Part shown: piece after piece, positions 1 to 7,441 of the stretch
Layout: every line of letters begins with the position of its first letter
Position numbering within the stretch: position 1 is the stretch's first letter
Assembly (NCBI GenBank): GCA_963749075.1
Contig: CAVVLJ010000005.1
Coordinates: forward strand, 1 to 13,396
Source of the DNA: an uncultured Pseudomonadota bacterium
Lineage (GTDB): Bacteria; Pseudomonadota; Alphaproteobacteria; JACZXZ01
Length of the DNA stretch: 13,396 nt
Direction of reading: 5' to 3'
Notes under the pieces: model-generated
Databases searched by the model: none
Told to the model about the DNA's origin: nothing
Seen by the model: the letters and a program-made list of their open reading frames with translations, nothing else
Made by a program: the position numbers and the translations under genes

Positions 1-1
1 C

Positions 2-349
2 GACAAGTCGCTCGCGAATTACAGCTACTTCACCTATCTCCAGATCGACGGCAAGCGCCGGCGCGTGGCGGCGGTCGAGGATTTCACCGCGGCGGTGAAG
101 GGCGGCCGGCTCGTCTATCGCTTCACCGTGCCCGTCGCCCCGCCGGTCGACCCGGTGCGCCAGCGCTTCGAGTTCCTGCTCTACGACGAGACCTACTACG
201 TCTATGTCGATCTCGAGAAGAAGGGAAAGGGCGTCACCTTCAGCGGCGAGGCGCCGGAGCTCTGCAGCGAAACGCGCACGCAGGACCTCACGACGCCGCT
301 CTATTTCGGCTACGATTACCCGACCCTCATCCACGTGGCCTGCGAATGA
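2..349 (+). CDS. DUF1007-family periplasmic protein, 5' truncated by window edge
   Basis: Frame is open from base 2 (DKSLANYSYFTYLQIDGK...RLVYRFTVP...LYDETYYV). These motifs and the ATGA overlap with a Ni/Co transporter gene match the usual DUF1007 + RcnA/NicO pair. Confidence 0.7.
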   Translation, partial: DKSLANYSYFTYLQIDGKRRRVAAVEDFTAAVKGGRLVYRFTVPVAPPVDPVRQRFEFLLYDETYYVYVDLEKKGKGVTFSGEAPELCSETRTQDLTTPLYFGYDYPTLIHVACE

Positions 350-1263
350 TCTCTCATTGGCGCGTTCTCGCCGCGGCCCTCGCCTTGGCCGCCTCCGTTG
401 CCGTTCTGGCGCTGCTCGCCGGCACGGAAGTGGGCGGCTTCGGCGGCTTGCGCTTCGTCCTCGCCTTCGTCAACGAAGTGCAGCGCCGCCTCTACGGCGA
501 GCTTGCCTGGGCACTCGACGAGCTCAAGAGCGGCGGCCGCCTCTGGCCGCTCGCCGCCCTCTTCGGCGTCTCCTTCCTCTACGGCGTGCTTCATGCCGTG
601 GGCCCCGGCCACGGCAAGATCGTGATCTCCTCCTATCTCGTCGCGAGCGGCAGCCAGTTCCGCCGCGGCCTCGCACTCTCCTTCGCGGCCGCCATGGTGC
701 AGGCGGTCTCCGCCATCCTCCTCGTCGGCCTGCTTGCCGTCGCACTCAAGCTGAGCCGCCTCCAGGTCAACAATCAGGGCCTGCTCCTCCAGGAGGGCAG
801 CTACGGCCTCATCGTGGCGGTCGGGCTCGCCATGCTGATCGCGGTCCTAAGACGCGCCTGGGGCATGGCGCGGGCCCATGGCCACGGGGATCATCATGGC
901 CACGGCGGCGGTCCGGCGGCCGGCTCCACGCGGTCCTGGCGCGGCTGGCTCGCCGTGGCACTCGCGACCGGCATCAGGCCGTGCAGCGGCGCCATCCTCG
1001 TCCTGCTCTTTGCCCTCGCCCAGGGCATGTTCGTCATCGGCATGGCCGCCACCGTCGTCATGGCGGTCGGCACCGGCGTCACCGTCTCGGCGCTCGCGCT
1101 CCTTGCGGTCTATTCGCGGCGCACCGCCATGCGCATCGCGGGCGAGAGCTCGGAGTGGCAGGCCCGCATCCACAACGGCCTCGCCCTCCTCGGAGCGCTC
1201 CTCGTGATCGGCGCCGGCCTCCTCCTCCTCGTGGCCACGGCTGGCCAGACCTCGTCCATTTGA
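346..1263 (+). CDS. Nickel/cobalt transporter, RcnA/NicO (HoxN-like) family
   Basis: Motifs YGVLHAVGPGHGK and GIRPCSGAILVL, short His-rich loop HGHGDHHGH, multiple hydrophobic helices. Confidence 0.9.
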   Translation: MISHWRVLAAALALAASVAVLALLAGTEVGGFGGLRFVLAFVNEVQRRLYGELAWALDELKSGGRLWPLAALFGVSFLYGVLHAVGPGHGKIVISSYLVASGSQFRRGLALSFAAAMVQAVSAILLVGLLAVALKLSRLQVNNQGLLLQEGSYGLIVAVGLAMLIAVLRRAWGMARAHGHGDHHGHGGGPAAGSTRSWRGWLAVALATGIRPCSGAILVLLFALAQGMFVIGMAATVVMAVGTGVTVSALALLAVYSRRTAMRIAGESSEWQARIHNGLALLGALLVIGAGLLLLVATAGQTSSI

Positions 1264-1330
1264 CGCCCCAACCATTTGACGCCCCTGGCATTTGACGCCC
1301 CTGGCATTTGACGCCCCTGGCATTTGACGC
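1257..1330 (+). repeat. 16-bp tandem repeat CATTTGACGCCCCTGG, about 4.6 copies
   Basis: Copies start at 1257 (ends AAC), 1273, 1289, 1305 and 1321 (partial). The first copy contains the TGA stop of the transporter gene. Confidence 0.95.
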
Positions 1331-1331
1331 G

Positions 1332-1360
1332 TTGACTCTCGCCGGGCCCCGTCAAATACT
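1332..1360 (+). promoter_or_regulatory. Putative sigma70 promoter of the ABC operon
   Basis: TTGACT (1332-1337), 17-bp spacer, AATACT (1355-1360). SD GGGAGG at 1415-1420 precedes ATG 1426. Confidence 0.55.
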
Positions 1361-1425
1361 GTCGCAACGATCCAGCAGCCGGCATCAGACCGGCTTGAAC
1401 GACGAACAGGCATAGGGAGGCAAGC

Positions 1426-2742
1426 ATGAAGACCTCGCGCAGGTCCGTACTCAAATATTCCGCCCTGAGCGTGGCCGCCTTCGGCCTCGGCGGCAGGCTC
1501 GCGCGCGCCGCGGACGAGACGATCCGGATCGGCGTGCTCTACGACCTCTCCGGGCCTTACGCGGCGGCCGGCTCGGTCGCCTCCTCGATCGGCGCCCATA
1601 TCGCCATCGACCTCGTCAACGAGCGCGGCGGCGTCGCCGGCAAGTACAAGGTGGTGCCGATCGACGGCGACAGCCAGAGCAAGGCGGACGTGGCGATCAA
1701 CGAGGCCGAGCGGCTCCTCAGCGAGGCCAAGGTCGACATCATACTGGGCGTCTATTCGAGCGCCCACGCCGTGCCGCTCGCCGCCAAGCTCGAGGAGCAG
1801 AAGAAGATCCTGTGGATCACCACGGCGGTCGCGACATCGGTGTTCAAGGGCAAGAACCTGCATTACGTCTTCCGCGCCCAGATCCATTCCGACCAGTACG
1901 GCCAGGCCGGCGCCGGCTTCCTTGCCGAGCACGCGAAAGCGAAGCTGGGCGTCGAGCCCAAGGATCTCAAGGTCGCGATCATCCACGAGGACGGCCCCTA
2001 CGGCACGGGCGTCGCCGACGCCGACGAATTCTATTGCAAGGAGAAGGGCCTGCAGGTGGCGCTCAAGGAGGCCTATTCGGCGAGCGCGCCCGATCTCTCG
2101 TCGCTGGTGAACAAGGTGCGCAGCACCCGGGCCAACGTCGTGCTGCACGCCGGCTACAACCCCGACATCACGCTCTTCCTGCGACAGGGCCGCGAGCAGG
2201 GCCTGCGCTTCAAGATGCTGATCGGCAACGGCGCCGGCTACAGTCAGCTCGACAAGCTGCGCGCCACCTTCCACGACGACATCGACCACTTCTGCAACAT
2301 CGATCCGGTGCCGGCGCAGCTCCTCGACGCCAAGAAGCTCGCGCCGGGCCTGGGCGACCTCATCAAGATCATGGTCGAGCGCTACAAGGCCAAGACCAAC
2401 GCGAACGACGTGCCGCCGCACGTCTCGATGGGCTTCAACCAGACCTGGATACTGCTCAATTCGGTGCTGCCGGTGGCCAAGGCGAAGTACGGCGGCTTCG
2501 ACCCGGAGGCCATCCGCAAGGCGGCCCTCGACGTGGATATTCCCGCCGGCGGCACGATCCAGGGCTACGGCGTCAAGTTCTTCCCGCCGGGAACCGAGCT
2601 CTCCGGCCAGAACGAGCGCTCGACGCCCGTGGTCATGCAGTATTTCGGCGAGCACATCGCCGTCGTCTGGCCCACCAACATCGAGACGCAGGAGCCCGTC
2701 CTGCCGTTGCCGGCATCCTCGCCCTACGCCATGCGCAGTTAG
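1426..2742 (+). CDS. ABC transporter substrate-binding protein, LivK/HAAT family, Tat signal peptide
   Basis: SRRSVLK twin-arginine signal ending ARA; IRIGVLYDLSGPYA, INEAERLL and GVYSS motifs of type I periplasmic binding proteins; strong SD. Confidence 0.92.
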   Translation: MKTSRRSVLKYSALSVAAFGLGGRLARAADETIRIGVLYDLSGPYAAAGSVASSIGAHIAIDLVNERGGVAGKYKVVPIDGDSQSKADVAINEAERLLSEAKVDIILGVYSSAHAVPLAAKLEEQKKILWITTAVATSVFKGKNLHYVFRAQIHSDQYGQAGAGFLAEHAKAKLGVEPKDLKVAIIHEDGPYGTGVADADEFYCKEKGLQVALKEAYSASAPDLSSLVNKVRSTRANVVLHAGYNPDITLFLRQGREQGLRFKMLIGNGAGYSQLDKLRATFHDDIDHFCNIDPVPAQLLDAKKLAPGLGDLIKIMVERYKAKTNANDVPPHVSMGFNQTWILLNSVLPVAKAKYGGFDPEAIRKAALDVDIPAGGTIQGYGVKFFPPGTELSGQNERSTPVVMQYFGEHIAVVWPTNIETQEPVLPLPASSPYAMRS

Positions 2743-2904
2743 CATTCGAACTTGTTGATGCGCGGCACACCCCCCTCCCTAACCCTCCCCCTCAAGGGGG
2801 GAGGGGAACTGCATGGAGACGCAGCGAACTACCCCCTCCCCCTTGAAGGGGGAGGGTGGGGGAGGGGGTGACGCTCGCTTCGACGGTAGTGAACTCTAAA
2901 TGCT
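2741..2904. repeat. Palindromic intergenic repeat element (two CCCTCCCCC-loop-GGGGGAGGG hairpins inside outer inverted arms)
   Basis: Hairpins at 2783-2805 and 2834-2856; CACCCCCCTCC (2768) pairs imperfectly with GGAGGGGGTG (2861-2870); imperfect outer inverted repeat AGCATTCGAACTT (2741) / AACTCTAAATGCT (2892-2904). Confidence 0.8.
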
Positions 2905-3625
2905 GGCGGTTGCGGGCCTCTCCAAGCGCTTCGGAGGATTCCTGGCGGTCAACCAGGTGTCCTTCGAGGTGCGGGAGGGCGAGATCCTCGGCCTCATCGG
3001 TCCGAACGGCTCGGGCAAGAGCACGACCTTCAACCTGATCGCCGGCACGCTGCGCCCGAGCGGCGGCTCGATCCGCTTCGCGGGCGACGAGATCGCCGGC
3101 CTAGCCGCGCACCACATCTGCCGCCGGGGCGTCGCGCGCACCTTCCAGATCCCGCGGCCCTTCCGCAAGCTCTCGCTCGTCGAGAACGTGGCGCTCGCCG
3201 CCCATTACGGCAAGCACGGCAGCGTGAGCCGTGCGGAAGCGCGGCGCCAGGCGGAGGCGGCGCTCGAGCTCGTGGGCCTGCCCGCCGGCGGCGAGGCCAC
3301 GACCGAGGGGCTGGGCGCCGCGGCGCTCAAGAAGCTCGAGCTTGCGCGCGCGCTCGCGACGCGGCCGCGCCTCCTCCTCGCCGACGAGAGTCTCGGCGGG
3401 CTCGACGCGGCGGAGATGGAGCGCGCCGCCGATCTCCTCGAGAGCATCCGCAGCGCCATGGGCATCACCATCGTGTGGGTCGAGCACATCATGGGCGTGC
3501 TCATGCGCGTGGTCGACCGCGTCATCGTGCTCGATCACGGCGAGAAGATCTTCGAAGGCGCGCCGGCCGAGGCTGCGCGCGACGCGCGCGTCGCGGAAGT
3601 CTATCTCGGCCGGCCGCGGCACTGA
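2900..3625 (+). CDS. livG: ABC transporter ATP-binding protein, LivG-like
   Basis: Walker A GPNGSGKST, RTFQ Q-loop, LELARALA, Walker B LLLADE, VEH switch, C-terminal VYLG. Confidence 0.9.
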   Translation: MLAVAGLSKRFGGFLAVNQVSFEVREGEILGLIGPNGSGKSTTFNLIAGTLRPSGGSIRFAGDEIAGLAAHHICRRGVARTFQIPRPFRKLSLVENVALAAHYGKHGSVSRAEARRQAEAALELVGLPAGGEATTEGLGAAALKKLELARALATRPRLLLADESLGGLDAAEMERAADLLESIRSAMGITIVWVEHIMGVLMRVVDRVIVLDHGEKIFEGAPAEAARDARVAEVYLGRPRH

Positions 3626-3632
3626 GCGGCCC

Positions 3633-4337
3633 ATGCTGTCCCTCGAAGCGGTCTCCGCCGGCTACGGCTCCTTCCGGGCCTTGAGCCAAGTCTCCCTCGA
3701 GGTGAGGGCGGGCGAGGCGGTCGGCGTGATCGGCCCGAACGGCGCCGGCAAGACCACCCTCATGCGGGTGATCTCGGGCCTCGTCCCCGTGCGCGCGGGC
3801 GAGCTCACCATGGAGGGCCGCCCGCTTGCCGGGCTGCCGGCGCACCGCATCGTCGAGCGCGGCATCGCCCACGTGCCCGAGAACCGCCGGCTTTTCCCGC
3901 GGCTCAGCGTCGAGGACAACCTGCGCATCGGCGGCTTCATCCCCGCGGCGCGCCGCCACTATGCGGAGCGCGCGGCCTGGGTCTACGAGCTCTTCCCGCG
4001 GCTCAAGGAGCGTTGCCGCCAGCTCGCCGGCACGCTCTCCGGCGGCGAGCAGCAGATGTGCGCGATCGGCCGCGCGCTCATGTCCCGGCCCAAGCTCCTG
4101 CTCATGGACGAGCCCTCCGCCGGGCTGGCGCCGCTCGTGGTGGAGCAGGTCTTCGCCCTCGTCCGCCGCATCCGGGCCGAGGGACTGACCGTGCTCATCG
4201 TCGAGCAGAACGTGCAGCAGGTTCTCGACGTCGTGGACCGCGCTTACCTCCTCGAGGTCGGCAGCATCCGCCTCGCCGGGACCGCCGCCGAGCTCAAGGA
4301 CCACGACGTCATCCGCAAGGCCTACATGGGGCTCTGA
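3633..4337 (+). CDS. livF: ABC transporter ATP-binding protein, LivF-like (start ATG 3633, not 3231)
   Basis: GPNGAGKTT, HVPENRRLF, LSGGEQQM, LLMDEPS, VEQN, KAYMGL. Confidence 0.92.
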   Translation: MLSLEAVSAGYGSFRALSQVSLEVRAGEAVGVIGPNGAGKTTLMRVISGLVPVRAGELTMEGRPLAGLPAHRIVERGIAHVPENRRLFPRLSVEDNLRIGGFIPAARRHYAERAAWVYELFPRLKERCRQLAGTLSGGEQQMCAIGRALMSRPKLLLMDEPSAGLAPLVVEQVFALVRRIRAEGLTVLIVEQNVQQVLDVVDRAYLLEVGSIRLAGTAAELKDHDVIRKAYMGL

Positions 4338-4339
4338 GG

Positions 4340-4630
4340 GATTCATCCGGAAGTGAATGCGTTATTTTTCATGCGTTGCTCACCGTTCGTCGTCATTCCC
4401 GCGCAAGCGGGAGAAGGCGAGGAAGCCCTCTCCCGCTTGCGGGAGAGGGAAGGGGCCCATCCCTTAGGGATGGGAAGGGTGAGGGAAGGCCGGATGCCGG
4501 CGCCGACCCTCATCCTCCCACGGCCTTACGGCCATGGGCCCCTCATCGATCCGCTTCGCGGCTCGATCCCGCAAGCGGGAGAGGGGCTTAACGCGATCGG
4601 CGCCTGCGCAAGGATGGCATTTCGGAATAA
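4340..4630. repeat. Composite nested palindromic repeat insertion between livF and livH
   Basis: REP-like arm GTCATTCCCGCGCAAGCGGGA (4392-4412) with partner CGCCTGCGCAAGGATGGC (4601-4618); inner CCCTCTCCCGCTTGCGGGAGAGGG (4426-4449) ... TCCCGCAAGCGGGAGAGGG (4567-4585); flanked by direct repeat GCTCTGAGG (4331, 4631). Confidence 0.8.
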
Positions 4631-4643
4631 GCTCTGAGGACGC

Positions 4644-5498
4644 ATGGACATCTACCTCCTCGAGGCGGTGGTGAACGGCCTGCTCTTGGGCGGCGTGCTG
4701 GCGCTCTTGGCACTCGGGCTCAATCTCATCTTCGGCGTCATCGACGTGGTGTGGATCGCCTATGCCGACCTCGTCATGTGCGGCATGTACGCGGTCTATT
4801 GGCTGCACTCCTATTACGGCTGGCCCTTGGCGTTCGCCTTCGCCGCGGCGATCCTCATCGTGGCGCTCTTAGGTCTCCTCGTGCATGTCCTCATCATCGC
4901 ACCCGTGCTCGGCTCCGCTCCCATCAACCAGCTCCTCGCCACGGGGGGTCTGCTCTATTTCCTGCAGAGCTTCGCGACGCTCCTCTTCGGCACCGACTTC
5001 CGCAACATCGGCGTGCGGCTGCCGGTGCTCGAGCTGGGTGAGCTCTACATCAGCTTCGCGCGGCTGATCGCCTTCGCAACGGCGCTCCTCGGCGCCGTGG
5101 CGCTCTATCTCTTTCTCAAGCGCACCTATCTCGGCACGGCGATCCGCGCCATCGCGCAAGACCGCGAGGTCATGGGGCTGATGGGCGTCGACCAGCGGCG
5201 TATCTATCTCATCACCTCGGCGATCGGCGGCGGCCTCGCCGGCCTCGGCGCCTGCCTCCTCTCGCTGCAGTACGACGTGCAGCCCTTCGTCGGCAACACC
5301 TTCGGTCCGCTCATCTTCATGATCTGCGTGCTGGGCGGCCTCGGCAACATGATCGGCGGCTTCATCGCCGCCTTCATCATCAGCCAGATCATCTCGATCG
5401 GCGGCTACTATTCCTCGACCGAGCTCGCCTACGTGCTCGCCTTCACCTTCTTCATCGTGCTCATGTTCGCGCGGCCGCGCGGGATACTCGCGCGATGA
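4644..5498 (+). CDS. livH: ABC transporter permease, LivH-like
   Basis: NGLLLGGVLALLALGLNLIFGV, RTYLGTAIRAIAQDRE..LMGVD, VLGGLGN, RPRGIL. Confidence 0.92.
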   Translation: MDIYLLEAVVNGLLLGGVLALLALGLNLIFGVIDVVWIAYADLVMCGMYAVYWLHSYYGWPLAFAFAAAILIVALLGLLVHVLIIAPVLGSAPINQLLATGGLLYFLQSFATLLFGTDFRNIGVRLPVLELGELYISFARLIAFATALLGAVALYLFLKRTYLGTAIRAIAQDREVMGLMGVDQRRIYLITSAIGGGLAGLGACLLSLQYDVQPFVGNTFGPLIFMICVLGGLGNMIGGFIAAFIISQIISIGGYYSSTELAYVLAFTFFIVLMFARPRGILAR

Positions 5499-6472
5499 GG
5501 GGGAAGCACGGAGCGGCCTTGCTCGGCCTCGCGGTCCTCGTGGCCCTGCCCGCGGTGACGCCCGTCTATTTCCTCCACCTCGCCATCCTGGTCCTCATTT
5601 GGGGCTTCATCTATACCGCCTGGTCGATCATGGGCCGCTTCGGCTTCGTCTCGCTGGGGCACGGCGCCTTCATGGGCATCGGCGCCTATGTTCCGGGGCT
5701 GCTGTGGAACTATGCGGGCATCACGCCGTGGCTCAGCATGCCGCTCGGCATGCTGCTCGCGGCACTCCTGGCACTCGTCATCGGCTATCCCTGCTTCCGC
5801 CTCAAGGTGGTGGGTCACTATTTCGCGCTCGTGACGCTGGCGCTCAGCCAGGTGGTGATGCTCAGCATCATCGCGGCGCGCGACGTGACCGGCGGCTCGC
5901 TCGGCATGACGCCGAAGCTCGCCGGCCATTCCTGGTACGCGCTGCAGTTTCCCGAGAAGGGATATTTCTACGGCGTCAGCCTGGTGCTCTGGCTCGCCGG
6001 CCTCGCGGTGTGGCGCCGGCTCGACCGCGGCATCGGACGCGAGGCTCTCGAGGCGATCTCCGAGGACGAGGACGCCGCCGCCGCGGTCGGCATCGACGTG
6101 CTGCGCGAGAAGCTGCGCGTCACCGTGATAAGTGCCGTGCTGACCGCGCTCGGCGGCTCCATCTATGCGCAGTATCTCATGTACCTCAACCCGGAAACGG
6201 TCTCCGGCATCAGCGTCTCCCTGCAGATCGTCTTCGCCGCCATCGCGGGCGGCATGTACAGCATGCTCGGTCCCACGGTGGGCGCCCTTCTCACCACCGC
6301 CTTGACCGAGGGCCTGCGCGTGTGGTTCGGCGTCAGCTTCATCGGCGCTGCCAACACCATCTACGGCATTCTGCTGATCATCTTCATCGTCTTCATGCCG
6401 CGCGGCATCCTCGGCGCGGTGGAACGCTTGCGCGTACGCCGCGTGCGCGCCGGCGCGCTGCCGGCGGGCTAG
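5495..6472 (+). CDS. livM: ABC transporter permease, LivM-like
   Basis: SLGHGAFMGIGAY, GHYFALVTLA, VTGGSLG, AISEDEDAAAAVGID, GPTVGA, PRGILG; ATGA overlap with livH. Confidence 0.92.
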   Translation: MRGKHGAALLGLAVLVALPAVTPVYFLHLAILVLIWGFIYTAWSIMGRFGFVSLGHGAFMGIGAYVPGLLWNYAGITPWLSMPLGMLLAALLALVIGYPCFRLKVVGHYFALVTLALSQVVMLSIIAARDVTGGSLGMTPKLAGHSWYALQFPEKGYFYGVSLVLWLAGLAVWRRLDRGIGREALEAISEDEDAAAAVGIDVLREKLRVTVISAVLTALGGSIYAQYLMYLNPETVSGISVSLQIVFAAIAGGMYSMLGPTVGALLTTALTEGLRVWFGVSFIGAANTIYGILLIIFIVFMPRGILGAVERLRVRRVRAGALPAG

Positions 6473-6477
6473 GCCCG

Positions 6478-7275
6478 GTGCGAAAGCTCGGCCTCATCGG
6501 CTTCGGCGCCATCGGCCGGCGGGTCGCGGCGGCATTCGCTGGCGGCACGCTCGAGGGCATCGGCGTCCCGGCGGCCCTGGTCCGCCGGCCGCCGCCCGGC
6601 GGCGCAGCGCCGCCGCTGCTCATGAACGATGCGGAGCGCTTCCTCGCCCTCGGCCTCGACGCCGTGCTGGAATGCGCGGGGCACGCGGCCTTGGCCGCCT
6701 ATGGCGAGCGCGTGCTCGCCGCGGGCGCCGACCTCCTCGTCACCTCGGTGGGGGCGCTCGCCGACGCCGCACTCCTCGAGCGCCTCCTCGCCGCGGCGCG
6801 GGGCGCCGGACGCCGGCTCATCCTGCCCTCGGCCGGGATCGGCGCCCTCGATATCCTTGCCGCCGCAGCGGTGGGCGGACTGGAGAGCGTACACGTCACC
6901 GTGCGCAAGGATGCGGCGAGCTGGCACGGCACGCCCGCCGCCTTGTCCCACGATCTGGCGCGGCTCGTCTCGGCGGCCGTGCTCTACGACGGGCCGGTGC
7001 GCGAGGGCGCCCGGCTCTATCCCCAGAACGTCAATATCGCCGCCGCCGTGGCGCTCGCGGGGATCGGCTTCGAGCGCACGCGCCTCACCATCGTGGCCGA
7101 TCCGTCCATCGCGAACCACGTGGTCGAGGTGACTGCCGCGGGCGCCTTCGGCCGTTTCGATTTTCGCGAGGAGGTCGTGCCCAGCGAGGAGAACCGCAAA
7201 ACCGGCCGGCTGGTCGCCATGGCGCTCGTCAAGACGATCCGCCAGCTCTCCTCGACCCTCGTCGTCGGCGCCTGA
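6478..7275 (+). CDS. nadX: L-aspartate dehydrogenase (NadX)-like NAD(P)-dependent oxidoreductase, GTG start
   Basis: Rossmann GLIGFGAIG, VLECAGHAAL, SVGALAD, PSAGIGALD, YPQNVNIAAAVALAG, GAFG, NRKTG; 265 aa from GTG 6478, 5 bp after the livM stop. Confidence 0.8.
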   Translation: MRKLGLIGFGAIGRRVAAAFAGGTLEGIGVPAALVRRPPPGGAAPPLLMNDAERFLALGLDAVLECAGHAALAAYGERVLAAGADLLVTSVGALADAALLERLLAAARGAGRRLILPSAGIGALDILAAAAVGGLESVHVTVRKDAASWHGTPAALSHDLARLVSAAVLYDGPVREGARLYPQNVNIAAAVALAGIGFERTRLTIVADPSIANHVVEVTAAGAFGRFDFREEVVPSEENRKTGRLVAMALVKTIRQLSSTLVVGA

Positions 7276-7289
7276 GGAGGGCCAGGCCC

Positions 7290-7339
7290 ATCGCCCGCTG
7301 CAACGCGGCTTTGCCGCGACGCGCGGCGGCGCGGGCGAT
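7290..7339. terminator. GC-rich stem-loop between convergent transcription units
   Basis: ATCGCCCGC (7290-7298) / GCGGGCGAT (7331-7339) enclosing CGCGGC-TTT-GCCGCG (7304-7318); no clear U-tract. Confidence 0.45.
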
Positions 7340-7416
7340 CACTGGTGCCGGTACTTCATCGTGCACTCGTGGTAGCCCATGCGGCCGTCCGTGAACGTGA
7401 AGGGCGGCGTCCGGCG
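7339..7416 (-). pseudogene. Collapsed remnant of a third copy of the TIR-protein C-terminal domain
   Basis: Encodes RRTPPFTFTDGR-MGYHECTMKYRHQ*, matching RIFTVTDNR...GKMGYRECTLRYQRK* (paralog A) and RPFTVAGGQ...GTMGMRQCTLAYRRQ* (paralog B). Confidence 0.7.
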
Positions 7417-7441
7417 GGTTGCACCGGCAGGCAGGCCATCG

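Noticed and set aside
1257-1330. CRISPR array
   Set aside because: Units are 16 bp, head to tail, with no unique spacers and no cas genes.
847-2745. Long antisense and alternate-frame ORFs (847-2745, 204-1295, 3522-4346, 8115-9395, 8274-9260, 9998-11563, 10371-11747, 10553-11428)
   Set aside because: Shadows of real genes in high-GC DNA; low-complexity Arg/Ala/Gly translations with no motifs.
4353-4637. 94-aa ORF between livF and livH
   Set aside because: Translation of the palindromic repeat insertion (VIPAQAG, LSRLRERE); no coding evidence.
3231-6477. N-terminal extensions of the livF-like (from 3231) and nadX-like (from 5599) ORFs
   Set aside because: They overlap livG and livM out of frame; family similarity begins at ATG 3633 and GTG 6478.
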